Origin: an uncultured SAR324 cluster bacterium
Lineage (GTDB): Bacteria > SAR324 > NAC60-12
Direction: 5' to 3'
NCBI GenBank assembly: GCA_902564345.1
Contig: CACFAY010000003.1
Span: 9,527-73,526 of the forward strand
DNA: 64,000 bases
Shown here: in pieces, positions 11,486 through 21,946 of the stretch
Layout: every line of letters begins with the position of its first letter
How positions within the stretch are numbered: the stretch's first letter is position 1
Notes under the pieces: model-generated
What the model saw: only the letters and a program-made list of their open reading frames with translations
The model's database searches: none
Told to the model about the DNA's origin: nothing
Position numbers and translations under genes: made by a program

Positions 11486-14400
11486 ATGCAATTTGACATA
11501 AGACTCTGGTCATTTACAAGAGGAGTGAGAGGACGAATTTCATATTCTGTAATAATCGGAATTATATCAACCTCGCTCGGTGTAGCACGCCTGGCAATGC
11601 TAGGATGGATAATTGGATTAATTTTTCAGGGGGAAGCAGGAGAAGAGCTAATTTCTCCGATTATTTTTACGGCATTAATAATGCTACTTCGAGGTTTTTT
11701 TGAACATTGGCGAACTATGATTGCCCATGAAACATCAGCAATAGTACAAAAAAAACTGCGGAAGATATTGTTTGATAAAATTGTCAGTCTTGGACCAGGT
11801 TATGCTGGAAGACAGCGGTCAGGAGAACTAGTTTTATCCCTGGTTGAGGGGGTAGAGCAGCTGGAAACTTATTTTGGACAATACCTTCCTCAACTTTTAA
11901 TATCTATTTTTACTCCAATAATAATTTTTGTGTTTGTAGCATTTTTAGATTTACCAGTGGCTCTAATTCTTCTTACTGCAGCATTTGTAGCACTTTTTGC
12001 ACCCTCGGCTTGGCATAAATTCGACCGTAAGAGATCTAAAGAAAGGCAAAATGCTTATGAAGCTTTTGCATCAGACTTTCTAGATGGAATACAGGGACTT
12101 GCAACCCTAAAGTCTTTCGGACAGAGCAAGACCAGAGCTGATTTGCTTACAAAACGTGCCTTTGAACTTTTTCAAAGCACAATGTGGGTGCTTGCTACAA
12201 ATGTATTGTCCCGTGGAATTACAGATACATCTATCTCTCTAGGAGCAGCAGCAGCACTGGGATTCGGTGCATATCGGACAACAACAGGAGAAATGGAACT
12301 TACTACATTGCTGATAATACTTATGATGGGTGTTGAAATATTTAGACCAATGCGAGATCTTCGCACAGTTTTGCATCAGGGAATGCTTGGTCTATCAGCT
12401 GCGCATGGGGTTTACAAGATTCTTGATGCAAGTCCTGCAGTAATTGAGAAAAAATTTGAAAATATTGAAACTGTTATTGAACCTACAGTTTCTTTTGATT
12501 CAGTAAAATTTAAATACCCTGGACACAGTCATGTTGTTCACAACTCTTTGAGCTTTGATATCAAAAAAGGGGAACGAGTTGGTATTGTAGGTTCAAGTGG
12601 ATGCGGAAAATCCTCTATAGTCAGACTGCTTCTACGCTTCCATGATCCAGTGCAAGGATCAGTACATATTGGAGGAATGGATCTAAGGGATATTTCATTC
12701 GACCAGATTAGAGGTATGATCTCTGTTGTGCATCAGGACACATTTTTATTTCATGGTACCATTGAAGACAACATTAAAATGGGCAACCCTAAAGCAAATG
12801 AAGAAGAAATTATTAAAGCTGCAAAAAATGCGAACATACATGAGTTTGTCTCGAAACTTCCTGACGGATACAAAACTTTAATTGGTGAAAAAGGGATCAA
12901 GCTCTCAGGAGGCCAAAGACAGCGGGTAGCCATAGCAAGAGCTCTCCTGAGAGATACACCTATACTCATTTTAGATGAGGCTCTTTCTGCAGTGGATGCT
13001 GAAAATGAATTTGTAATACAACAGGCACTTGATCGTTTGATGAAAGCCCGTACAACACTAATATTGGCTCATCGACTCTCAAGTATTATAAAATGTGACA
13101 GAATCCTAGTAATTGACAAGGGAATAATTGCAGAGTCAGGTTCACATCAGAGCCTGATGAAGCAGGATGGTATTTATTCAGTATTGATGTCTAAGCAAGT
13201 ACGTGAATCAGAATCAAAGAGCTTGTTAGTTGAAGAAAAAGAATCAATTAATTTTGAAGAAAAAGAGAAGTTAAAAGAGACAATAATGAATTACCCTACA
13301 GAAGGGATAGTAAAAGCAGAAGGCCTAAACTGGAAACAATTAATTATTGAGTTGATGCGTCACATCTCTCCTTGGAAAGGTAGACTTGCTCTTTCCTTTT
13401 GTTTTGGCGTTCTTCGTGTACTGTCTTTTATAGGTGTCGGAATTTTGAGCGCTCTTATAGTACTCGATTTGAAGAATGGTGATGATTATTCGTCTCACCT
13501 TAGCTGGCTTATTTCTGCAGCAATACTATCAGGTATACTTCACTGGCTTGAATCATGGATAGCACATGATATGGCATTCAGATTACTTTCCGTTATGCGT
13601 ATCAATGTCTTTAAGAAACTTGACTTACTTGCTCCAGCTTACCTTGTGAGACGCAGAACAGGAGATTTGATGGGCATTGCAACACATGATGTTGAACTAG
13701 TTGAGTATTTCTTTGCACACACAGTAGCTCCTGTTTTTGTCTCTATCCTGATTCCAGTCACAGTAGTTTTCATTTTAAGTGTTAACAGTTTCTGGATTAC
13801 TCTTGCACTTTTACCATTTTTAATTGCAGTTGGATTAAGTCCTTTTTTGATGAGAAAACGAGTTGACAGACTTGGATCTAAAGCCAGAGAAGCTGCAGGA
13901 GAACTTTCAGCACATGCAATTGATTCAGTACAGGGACTTGCAGAAATTGTAGCATACCAGCAGGGTTTATACAGAGGAAGATCTTTTGAAAGACTGACAG
14001 AGCGACACATTTCACTGAGACTCCCTTTTTTCAAAGAACTAACACTTCAAAGTAATATGTTGGAAGTGCTTACAGGCTGGGGTGGTCTTGCTGTTGTAAG
14101 TACAGGTGCACTGCTTACAGCAAATGGTCACTTCGATTCAGGAATACTGCCACTCATGACGATTCTGGCAATGTCAGCATTCCTTCCAGTTTCAGAGATT
14201 GCTCAGATAGGACGACAACTAGCAGACACACTTGGTGCTACCAGGAGAGTTTACGCACTCGAGAATGAACCGATAAAAATAGCTGATGGTGTTAATAATT
14301 TAAATAAGGATATTTCTTCAGGATTCAAAATTAGCAATTTAAGTTTTTCTTTTCCAGGAAGATCAAAAAATGTATTGGATAATTTAAATGTTAATATTCC

Positions 14401-15064
14401 CGTTGGGAAGACCTTTGCCTTAGTTGGACCTTCAGGAGCAGGAAAAACAACGCTTGCCCAAATGCTTATGCGTTTTTGGGATCCTGACAAAGGAAGTATC
14501 AAGTTTGATGAAATTGATTTGAAGAATTTAAAACTAAATGATCTTCGTTCCAGAATAGCATTAGTAGCACAGGATACTTATCTCTTCAACAACACTTTAA
14601 AAGACAATATTCTGATTGCTAAACCTGATGCAACTGAACAGGAATTGCAGAAAGCAGTTAATTTATCAGCTCTTTCTGAAGTTGTTAAAAGCCTTCCTGA
14701 AGGACTTGAAACTGAAGTTGGTGAGCGAGGAGCAAGTCTCTCAGGAGGACAAAGACAGCGAGTAGCAATTGCTAGGGCATTTCTTAAGGATGCACCAGTA
14801 TTAATTCTGGATGAAGCAACATCCCATCTTGATGCAGTCAGTGAAAACATAGTACATAAAGCACTTAATCAACTCAAAAAAAACAGGACTACATTGATAA
14901 TAGCTCATCGCCTTTCTACTGTTCGTGATGCTGACAGTATCATAGTTTTGGATAATGGACACATTGAAGAAATTGGAACACATGAAGAACTATTTAAAAA
15001 CAATGGACTATACAAAAAATTGATTTCAAAACAGATGAGTGGATCTGGGTTACAGAACTATTAA
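11486..15064 (+). CDS. single-polypeptide ABC exporter with two TMD-NBD halves, CydD-like + CydC-like
   Basis: 1192 aa. The first half carries the CydD-like stretch GVEQLETYFGQYLPQ. There are two Walker A motifs (GSSGCGKSS, GPSGAGKTT) and two LSGGQRQRVAIARA signatures. A Glu/Lys-rich linker joins the halves. Confidence 0.7.
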   Translation: MQFDIRLWSFTRGVRGRISYSVIIGIISTSLGVARLAMLGWIIGLIFQGEAGEELISPIIFTALIMLLRGFFEHWRTMIAHETSAIVQKKLRKILFDKIVSLGPGYAGRQRSGELVLSLVEGVEQLETYFGQYLPQLLISIFTPIIIFVFVAFLDLPVALILLTAAFVALFAPSAWHKFDRKRSKERQNAYEAFASDFLDGIQGLATLKSFGQSKTRADLLTKRAFELFQSTMWVLATNVLSRGITDTSISLGAAAALGFGAYRTTTGEMELTTLLIILMMGVEIFRPMRDLRTVLHQGMLGLSAAHGVYKILDASPAVIEKKFENIETVIEPTVSFDSVKFKYPGHSHVVHNSLSFDIKKGERVGIVGSSGCGKSSIVRLLLRFHDPVQGSVHIGGMDLRDISFDQIRGMISVVHQDTFLFHGTIEDNIKMGNPKANEEEIIKAAKNANIHEFVSKLPDGYKTLIGEKGIKLSGGQRQRVAIARALLRDTPILILDEALSAVDAENEFVIQQALDRLMKARTTLILAHRLSSIIKCDRILVIDKGIIAESGSHQSLMKQDGIYSVLMSKQVRESESKSLLVEEKESINFEEKEKLKETIMNYPTEGIVKAEGLNWKQLIIELMRHISPWKGRLALSFCFGVLRVLSFIGVGILSALIVLDLKNGDDYSSHLSWLISAAILSGILHWLESWIAHDMAFRLLSVMRINVFKKLDLLAPAYLVRRRTGDLMGIATHDVELVEYFFAHTVAPVFVSILIPVTVVFILSVNSFWITLALLPFLIAVGLSPFLMRKRVDRLGSKAREAAGELSAHAIDSVQGLAEIVAYQQGLYRGRSFERLTERHISLRLPFFKELTLQSNMLEVLTGWGGLAVVSTGALLTANGHFDSGILPLMTILAMSAFLPVSEIAQIGRQLADTLGATRRVYALENEPIKIADGVNNLNKDISSGFKISNLSFSFPGRSKNVLDNLNVNIPVGKTFALVGPSGAGKTTLAQMLMRFWDPDKGSIKFDEIDLKNLKLNDLRSRIALVAQDTYLFNNTLKDNILIAKPDATEQELQKAVNLSALSEVVKSLPEGLETEVGERGASLSGGQRQRVAIARAFLKDAPVLILDEATSHLDAVSENIVHKALNQLKKNRTTLIIAHRLSTVRDADSIIVLDNGHIEEIGTHEELFKNNGLYKKLISKQMSGSGLQNY

Positions 15065-15250
15065 CCCTTAAGAATTAAGTTGACTTAAATTAGAAAGATA
15101 AACTCTAATTAGTCGATGCTGTCAATCAATTAATGCTTTAATTTTCTAAACTACTCATAAAATTAAATAAAAATATTTTGAGTGTTGTGCTTTTCACATT
15201 TTGGTGACTGTTGTTTTGATGATTTTTTATTCGGTTAATTTAAAAGGACA

Positions 15251-15724
15251 ATGTTTTTCTCATTAATTCGTAATTTTAATGTTTTTATTTCATTATCTAA
15301 AAACATTATTTTTGTGTTTTTAGTTCTTTTTACTTTACAGCTTTCTGTGCTAGCAAATGTTGTTTGTATGTGCACAACTACCCCTGTCACTTTTCTGGAA
15401 GTAATCGATGGTGATACAATCTGGGTAGAAAAAGAGGGTAAAAAAGTACTGGTTCAGTTTAGTGGTATTGACGCACCAGAATTAGTTCAAGATGATATCA
15501 AAAATCAAGACTGTATTTATGACCAGAAAAAGGCCCAAGATGCCCGTGACTTGATTCATAATATGTTGTCATCAGCAAAAGAAGTCGGATTGGTTATTAA
15601 GGAAATGATCAATGAGCAGAATTTAAAGGCTCAAGTATATGCCGATGGTCTCAGTGTTGGACAGGAATTGCTATACAAATACCTTGCAGTGGAGGGCAAG
15701 GGAAACTGGTGCAATAGTTTTTAA
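15251..15724 (+). CDS. secreted or membrane-anchored SNase (thermonuclease)-fold protein, catalytic residues diverged
   Basis: 157 aa. Hydrophobic N-terminus, then LEVIDGDTIWV...VQFSGIDAPE, which resembles the SNase core motif. The start codon is uncertain. Confidence 0.5.
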   Translation: MFFSLIRNFNVFISLSKNIIFVFLVLFTLQLSVLANVVCMCTTTPVTFLEVIDGDTIWVEKEGKKVLVQFSGIDAPELVQDDIKNQDCIYDQKKAQDARDLIHNMLSSAKEVGLVIKEMINEQNLKAQVYADGLSVGQELLYKYLAVEGKGNWCNSF

Positions 15725-15736
15725 AAGGTGATATTT

Positions 15737-17413
15737 TTAATTTATAAATCCTTGATCTCTTTTTAGTGACAATTCTTCAATTTCATCCACTGATTCTTCA
15801 AGCCATCCCACTCTTAATTCAGGAACCGAAGATATTAATAACCTTGTATATGGGTGGTAAGGTGGAGAAAGTACCTCATCAACAGTGCCTTGATCTACAA
15901 CCTTCCCAGCATAAAGAACTACGATATGATCTGCAAAAGATGCAACTGTTGACAGATCATGACTTATAAATACAAAAGAAACACCAGTATTTTTTCTAAG
16001 TTGTTTTAACAATTCAATGATATTTGCACCAACGATTGTATCTAAAGCCGAAATGACCTCATCACATAGGAGAATTTCAGGAGATGCAGCTAATGCCCTT
16101 GCTAAATTGATTCTTTGTTTTTGACCACCTGAGAGTTCATCAGGATAACGACCAGCAAAATCCTGTGGCAATTCTACCATTTCCAGTAGTTCAGCAATCC
16201 GTTTTCTTTTTTCTCCTCCTCTAAGCTCAAGATAGAATTCAAGAGGTCTGCCTAAAATCTGGTCTATTCTCTGACGAGGATTAAGAGCAGTATCGGCCAT
16301 CTGAAAAACAAATTGTATTTTTTGTAGTTCAGATCGGCTTCTATTTTTTAAATCAGGTTTTAAATTTTCTCCTCTAAGTAATACATTACCTTTACTTGCT
16401 GGAAGAAGCCCAGACATAACTCGCGCCATAGTAGACTTACCGCATCCAGATTCTCCAATTACACCAACTGTCTGCCCTTTACTAATTTTTATATTAATAT
16501 TTTCTAGAACAGAAATATTTGCAGTACCATCTCGTATTTTGCCATAACCAGCAAAAATATTTTTTAATTCAAGAACCGGTACTTCATTATTAGATTTTTC
16601 AATTTTATCTCCATGACCTGCTGCAGGAGGAGGTCTTACCGCGTTCATCAGTCGTCTTGTGTAATCATGATTAGGAGTACTTACAACTTGTTCAGCACTA
16701 CCATGCTCCTGAACCTCACCTGCATAAAGAACTACGATTTCATCTGCTATTTGCGCAACAACTGATAGATCATGAGTAACATAAATTGCAGCAGACCCCT
16801 CTTGCTTTATTACTGATTTGAATGCCTTCAAAACTTCAATTTGTGTAGTTACATCTAGAGCAGTAGTTGGCTCATCTAAGACAAGTAGATCAGGATTTCC
16901 ACAAAGTGCCATTGCAGCCATTAACCTTTGAAGCTGTCCACCAGAAACTTGATGAGGATATCTTTTCCCAAGTCGTTCTGGTTCAGGTAGTTCAAGAGCT
17001 CTGTAAAGTTCTTTTGCACGATTTTCAGCATCTTCTTTTAACAATTGCCCATGAATAATTGCTGATTCAGTTACTTGTTCTCCAATAGTCATTGCAGGGT
17101 TAAAAGTTGCTGCGGCACTTTGAGCAAGATAGGCTACCTTTTGTCCGCGCATCAATCTTTTTTCTTCAGATGGCATTGAAATTACATCCTGACCGTGGAG
17201 ACGAACTTCTCCTGAAGTAAATTCTAAGCCGGGTTTGGTGTAACCCAATGCCGAGAGGGCTATAGTAGTTTTGCCGGAGCCAGACTCACCGATCAATGCT
17301 AATACCTCCCCCGGTTTTACATTGAAACTAACTCCCTTGACAATTGGAGTTAAACTACCATCATCTTTGCGAGCATCAATTTTCAGATTATCAACTTCGA
17401 GAAGAGGTGCCAT
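15737..17413 (-). CDS. peptide/nickel-type ABC importer ATPase, duplicated NBDs (DppD/DppF fused)
   Basis: 558 aa. Two Walker A motifs (GESGSGKTT, GESGCGKST), two signatures (VSGGQLQR, LSGGQKQR) and oligopeptide-type C-terminal extensions. ATGA overlap with the upstream permease stop at 17413. Confidence 0.85.
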   Translation of the reverse strand: MAPLLEVDNLKIDARKDDGSLTPIVKGVSFNVKPGEVLALIGESGSGKTTIALSALGYTKPGLEFTSGEVRLHGQDVISMPSEEKRLMRGQKVAYLAQSAAATFNPAMTIGEQVTESAIIHGQLLKEDAENRAKELYRALELPEPERLGKRYPHQVSGGQLQRLMAAMALCGNPDLLVLDEPTTALDVTTQIEVLKAFKSVIKQEGSAAIYVTHDLSVVAQIADEIVVLYAGEVQEHGSAEQVVSTPNHDYTRRLMNAVRPPPAAGHGDKIEKSNNEVPVLELKNIFAGYGKIRDGTANISVLENINIKISKGQTVGVIGESGCGKSTMARVMSGLLPASKGNVLLRGENLKPDLKNRSRSELQKIQFVFQMADTALNPRQRIDQILGRPLEFYLELRGGEKRKRIAELLEMVELPQDFAGRYPDELSGGQKQRINLARALAASPEILLCDEVISALDTIVGANIIELLKQLRKNTGVSFVFISHDLSTVASFADHIVVLYAGKVVDQGTVDEVLSPPYHPYTRLLISSVPELRVGWLEESVDEIEELSLKRDQGFIN

Positions 17414-18345
17414 CAGATCATTCTGTTGGAGAGTTTTCCACCGGAATGTGCAGAGATATCATCTACAATCAAATTAATAGCTATGGTTAAGGTAGCAATC
17501 GCAAGGGAAGGCATTAAAGGAGATATTGAACCATAAGGAAGACCTCCAAGGTTTTCCTTGACCATGCTACCCCAGTCAGACATCGGTGGCTGTACCCCTA
17601 AACCAAGGAAGCTAAGCGAGGAGATGAAGAGAATAATCCAAACAAACCTCAAACCAAAATCTGTAGCAAGAGGCATAACAACATTTGGAAGAATTTCCCT
17701 AGTAATGATCCACCAAAGCCCCTCTCCACGAACTTTTGCTGCTTCCACGAAATCACTTACCATAACATCCTGTCCAAGTGATCTTGCAACCCTGAAAACG
17801 CTAGTGGCGTATATTAATCCAGTCATACCAATAAGAATTGGAATTGTACTCCCGACTGCTGCAATAACCACAAGCCCCATCATGATAGTTGGAATCGATA
17901 AAAATGCATCATTGAATCGGCTCAAAAACATGTCCAACCATTCGCTTCCTACTGCAGCTGCAATGCCCAAGGTAACTCCTAAAAGGTAGGCCAAAAGTGT
18001 GGCTAAAAAAGAAATACCTATGGTAGTTCGTGCACCATATAGAATCCGAGAAAGAGTGTCTCGGCCCAAATAATCAGTTCCAAGAAATGCAACCTTGCTT
18101 GGTGGCTGATAGTCAGTGTCTGGATATTCTTCGCCCCCCGGAACGATAAACAGCGATTCATCCAGAATATCTGCCTCATTGTAAGGAGAAACATATGGAC
18201 CAATGAAAACCATTACAATCCAGAAAAAGACAAAAAATATACCAATTTTCCCACCTATACTGAAACGTATTTTTCTTCTGGGAGGTGCGTCAGGTAGTTC
18301 CTCAAATGACGTTATCTTCTCTTTGATCTTTTCATCTATAGACAT
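17413..18345 (-). CDS. ABC importer permease (DppC-like)
   Basis: BPD_transp_1-type permease with an N-terminal OppC-like region. Start moved to the ATG at 18345 (MSIDEK), 7 nt after the upstream stop. Confidence 0.8.
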   Translation of the reverse strand: MSIDEKIKEKITSFEELPDAPPRRKIRFSIGGKIGIFFVFFWIVMVFIGPYVSPYNEADILDESLFIVPGGEEYPDTDYQPPSKVAFLGTDYLGRDTLSRILYGARTTIGISFLATLLAYLLGVTLGIAAAVGSEWLDMFLSRFNDAFLSIPTIMMGLVVIAAVGSTIPILIGMTGLIYATSVFRVARSLGQDVMVSDFVEAAKVRGEGLWWIITREILPNVVMPLATDFGLRFVWIILFISSLSFLGLGVQPPMSDWGSMVKENLGGLPYGSISPLMPSLAIATLTIAINLIVDDISAHSGGKLSNRMI

Positions 18346-18352
18346 ATAAAAT

Positions 18353-19321
18353 TCATTTAGGATGACGAAGTCTTGGATTGGAAATAATAGAAGCCATATC
18401 TGCAATCATAATCAGAACTACATATGTTCCACAGAAGATCATTGCGCAGGCTTGAACGAGTGGTAGATCCCTAGTCTGTACTCCGTCGATCATTAGCTTA
18501 GCCAATCCCGGATAGGCAAATACTGTTTCAACTATAACAACTCCTCCAATTAGCCAGGCCAAATTCAATGCTATAACATTGACTATCGGTCCGATAGTAT
18601 TCAGTAAAGAGTGTCTCAAAATGATTCTTTTTCTGGGTACCCCCTTGAGTATTGCCATCTCAATGTAAGGAGAACTCATGATATTAAGTATTGTTGCTCG
18701 AGTCATGCGGATGATCTGTGCTGAAACAATAGTCACAAGGGTCAGTGTTGGCATGAGGAGCGCACGAATTAATTGCCAACCTGTTTCGTTTCCACTCATG
18801 TAAGCAATTGAAGGAAGCCACCCTAATTGAACTGCAAAAATCATCACAAGAATCATGGCGACAAGAAAATCAGGTATTGAAATAATACTAAGGGTGGTAA
18901 ATGTGATGGTACGATCTATTCTGGAACCTGGATACATGGATGCCAGTAACCCTAGAGACATTGCCAATGGTATAGATATCAGGGCCACCATACCTGCCAA
19001 TCTAAGTGTGTTCACTAGTCTGGGTGCAATCATAACCGAAATTTCGGTCCCGATAGTTCCAGCACCTGACCCTGCTTTAGACATTCCAAGGTCACCAGAC
19101 AGGAGGTTCCCAAGCCACAACAAATAACGAGTGTGAGGTGGATGATTCATTCCAAGCTTTTCCCTAAGAGCAGCAAGTGATTCTGGAGTTGCCATTTGTC
19201 CTAGTATTATCTCTGCAACATCCCCTGGAAGCAGACTTGTTCCTAGGAAGATAATAATAGAGACAACAAAAAGCGTTGCAAATCCGATCAAAATTCTTTT
19301 TAAAACGGCTTGAAAAAGCAT
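18353..19321 (-). CDS. ABC importer permease (DppB-like)
   Basis: 322 aa, six TM helices. LPGDVAE near the N-terminus and an EAA-loop region are typical of DppB/OppB. Confidence 0.85.
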   Translation of the reverse strand: MLFQAVLKRILIGFATLFVVSIIIFLGTSLLPGDVAEIILGQMATPESLAALREKLGMNHPPHTRYLLWLGNLLSGDLGMSKAGSGAGTIGTEISVMIAPRLVNTLRLAGMVALISIPLAMSLGLLASMYPGSRIDRTITFTTLSIISIPDFLVAMILVMIFAVQLGWLPSIAYMSGNETGWQLIRALLMPTLTLVTIVSAQIIRMTRATILNIMSSPYIEMAILKGVPRKRIILRHSLLNTIGPIVNVIALNLAWLIGGVVIVETVFAYPGLAKLMIDGVQTRDLPLVQACAMIFCGTYVVLIMIADMASIISNPRLRHPK

Positions 19322-19349
19322 TTTTTTACCTAAGAATCTAGATCAATTT

Positions 19350-19384
19350 AAAAAAAAAGCCTGCGGACTTTAATCACACAGGCT
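19350..19384 (-). terminator. candidate intra-operon rho-independent terminator/attenuator after the binding-protein gene
   Basis: Minus strand reads aGCCTG-15 nt loop-CAGGCt followed by nine T. It lies between the SBP stop (19412) and the permease start (19321). The stem is short (6 bp) and the loop is large. Confidence 0.4.
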
Positions 19385-19411
19385 TATTACTAATAAACTA
19401 TGATTTGTTAA

Positions 19412-20992
19412 TTAAGCTTCCATCCAGGCAAATTCTGGCCAAGTACACCCTCCAATCGAACCAAGAGGATTAACTGGAATACCGTGGATCTTATCACTGA
19501 CACCATCATTTACATTAGTATGATATGCTATCACCATACCGCTAAACATGCTCACTAAAGCCTGCATTTCGCAGAACATTTCATGGCGAATTGCAGGGTT
19601 AGTTTCAGCAAGATTCATCTTGAGCAGTTTACCCATCCTTTCATTATTCCAGAAGGTATCATTCCAAGCGGCACCTGGAGCAAATTGTATGTCTAGCATT
19701 GAATTAGCAGTAGGTCGCATATTCCATGATACAACGTTAAGCGGTTCCTTCATCCAAACTGCTCCCCAATAGCCATCAGTGGGGACTTTTTTTATTTTTA
19801 GATCAAACCCAATTTTTCTGAGGTTATTTTGCATCAACAAACAGGAATCTCCAATTCCCGTTGCAACTTCTGCAACAAAAAGTTCTGCAGAGCTTATTCC
19901 AGATTTTTTGAGATGGTATTTTGCTTTTTCAGGATCATACTGACGCTGAGGAAGTTCATAGCAATGATCTGCACCATAAGCTGTCGAAATAGGATGATCA
20001 TTACCAACTTCTCCTTTGCCCTTTAGGATGGAACGAACGATTCTTTCTCTATCTTGAATCAACTGCATACCTTTTACAAAATCAGGATTATTACCGGGAG
20101 CAGTATTATTTAAAATACATATTCCACCATATCTACCAGATTTAGTTGAGTTGACACTTACACCATTTGAACTCTCGATCAATTTGATCATTTTTGCATC
20201 GACATCAGAGATCATATGCATATCACCTGCAATCAATGCATTGACTCTTGCTTGTGGGTCAGTAATTGCTGTTAATTCGATGGCATCAAAATTACCGGTT
20301 TCTCTCCAATAGTCTTCGTTTCTGACATGCATGGATTTAACCCCAGGCTCAAAACTTGTCATTCTATAAGGACCTGTTCCATTACCCTTCTTGAAATCGG
20401 TAGTTCCTTCTTTCACTATTTTTGCCTGTTTCTCTGTTAACTTTGCTGGCAAATCGGAGTCTGGACTGTTCAAAACTGCTTTAACTGTATGGCTGTCCAT
20501 TTTCTTCCATTCTTTCACCTGACTGAAAAACCCCTTTATTACTGAAGGTGATTTTTCACCTAAATGCCGATTCATACTCCAAAGCACATCGTCTGCAGTA
20601 AGAGAAGAACCATCATGAAATTTAACACCTTTTCTAAGTTTGAAAGTCCATTCAGTTGCATTACTGTTTGGACTAAATTCCTCTGCCAATTCAGGACTGA
20701 CAACCATGTTATCCCTCATCTGAACCAAACCATTATAATTAGTGTGGGCTCGTGTATAATCAACATTAGACGTCATTACAATGGGATCCATCTGATCATC
20801 TGGTCCATGAAGGTTGGAAGCCATTCTTACAGAACCTCCTTTTTTGGGCGTTTTAGCCATCACATCAGTTGCTTTCAATAGACTCCCTGCGGCAGAAACT
20901 GCAATTCCCAAAGCCCCCACGGCTTTTATGAAATCTCGTCTATTTATGCTTCCGTCAACATATTTCTGCTGAAGATCTCTCACTTCTTTCAT
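19412..20992 (-). CDS. family-5 (Dpp/Opp-type) periplasmic substrate-binding protein with a Tat-type signal
   Basis: 526 aa. The N-terminus SINRRDFIKAVGALGIAVSAAGSLL has twin-Arg motif features. The body matches SBP_bac_5. Confidence 0.85.
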   Translation of the reverse strand: MKEVRDLQQKYVDGSINRRDFIKAVGALGIAVSAAGSLLKATDVMAKTPKKGGSVRMASNLHGPDDQMDPIVMTSNVDYTRAHTNYNGLVQMRDNMVVSPELAEEFSPNSNATEWTFKLRKGVKFHDGSSLTADDVLWSMNRHLGEKSPSVIKGFFSQVKEWKKMDSHTVKAVLNSPDSDLPAKLTEKQAKIVKEGTTDFKKGNGTGPYRMTSFEPGVKSMHVRNEDYWRETGNFDAIELTAITDPQARVNALIAGDMHMISDVDAKMIKLIESSNGVSVNSTKSGRYGGICILNNTAPGNNPDFVKGMQLIQDRERIVRSILKGKGEVGNDHPISTAYGADHCYELPQRQYDPEKAKYHLKKSGISSAELFVAEVATGIGDSCLLMQNNLRKIGFDLKIKKVPTDGYWGAVWMKEPLNVVSWNMRPTANSMLDIQFAPGAAWNDTFWNNERMGKLLKMNLAETNPAIRHEMFCEMQALVSMFSGMVIAYHTNVNDGVSDKIHGIPVNPLGSIGGCTWPEFAWMEA

Positions 20993-21556
20993 TGTATCTC
21001 CTTATAATATTTATGAATTTTGAAAATTATATTAATAGGTGATTTACAGCAATAATTATAAATTCTGTAATCAACCTTATTTAGTTGGTGAACTAAGGTC
21101 CCTCATATCAAATAATAGAATTTTTAGTAGATTTTTCTTCTATACAAATACAAGTAAAATGGAAGATTATTAAAAACCATATTATTAAAATAATTCGTTA
21201 TTTTTTAAAGTTAATATTTTATGTCTAGATATAAGAAGGGCTTATGGTAAACATGAAAATAAGATATGTCAAACTTAAATATTTTTACATCTGATTAAAG
21301 CCAATCATAATTATGCAACATACATATTTATAAATATTCCAATACTAATTCATTGGTTAAATTCAAATTTTTAGTTAAAATATTATACTTTAATAAGTGA
21401 TAAGGATTCTATTTTGCACTTGACACAGAGGATGTAAAATGATATCAAGTAAAGCACAAAATAAATTATTTTAATTTATTTCATAGCTAAGCAATGTGAA
21501 GAAAATTGTATGCATTGCTTAATTAAATCATAAATTTATTTTAATAAAAGATAGAT

Positions 21557-21946
21557 ATGGCATACAGTGAAAAAGTTATAGACCATTACAATGATCCAAG
21601 AAACGTTGGAAGCTTTGTAAAAGAAGAGGATGGAGTGGGTACAGGCTTAGTTGGAGCTCCTGAATGCGGTGACGTAATGAAACTTCAAATCAAAGTAGAA
21701 AATGATAAAATCGTAGATGCAAAGTTCAAAACATTTGGATGTGGATCAGCAATTGCCAGTTCCAGTTTAGCTACTGAATGGGTTAAAGGAAAAAGTGTTG
21801 ACGAAGCTATGGGGATTCAAAATACTGAAATTGTTGAAGAGCTTTCCCTTCCTCCAGTAAAAATTCATTGTTCAGTGCTCGCAGAGGATGCAATAAAAGC
21901 TGCTATCAGTGATTATAAAAATCGGAATCATACAGAAACTGATTAA
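21557..21946 (+). CDS. iscU: Fe-S cluster scaffold IscU
   Basis: 129 aa. Three conserved Cys in GAPECGDVM, FKTFGCGSAIASSS and IHCSVLAEDA, plus the LPPVK chaperone-binding motif. Confidence 0.85.
   Translation: MAYSEKVIDHYNDPRNVGSFVKEEDGVGTGLVGAPECGDVMKLQIKVENDKIVDAKFKTFGCGSAIASSSLATEWVKGKSVDEAMGIQNTEIVEELSLPPVKIHCSVLAEDAIKAAISDYKNRNHTETD

Noticed and set aside
21420-21448. TTGACA-17 nt-TATCAA, a sigma70-like promoter about 110 nt upstream of iscU. I also searched for an IscR-type operator there.
   Set aside because: The -10 element is weak, and AT-rich spacers contain many such matches. I could not identify a convincing IscR box. It is not reported as a feature.
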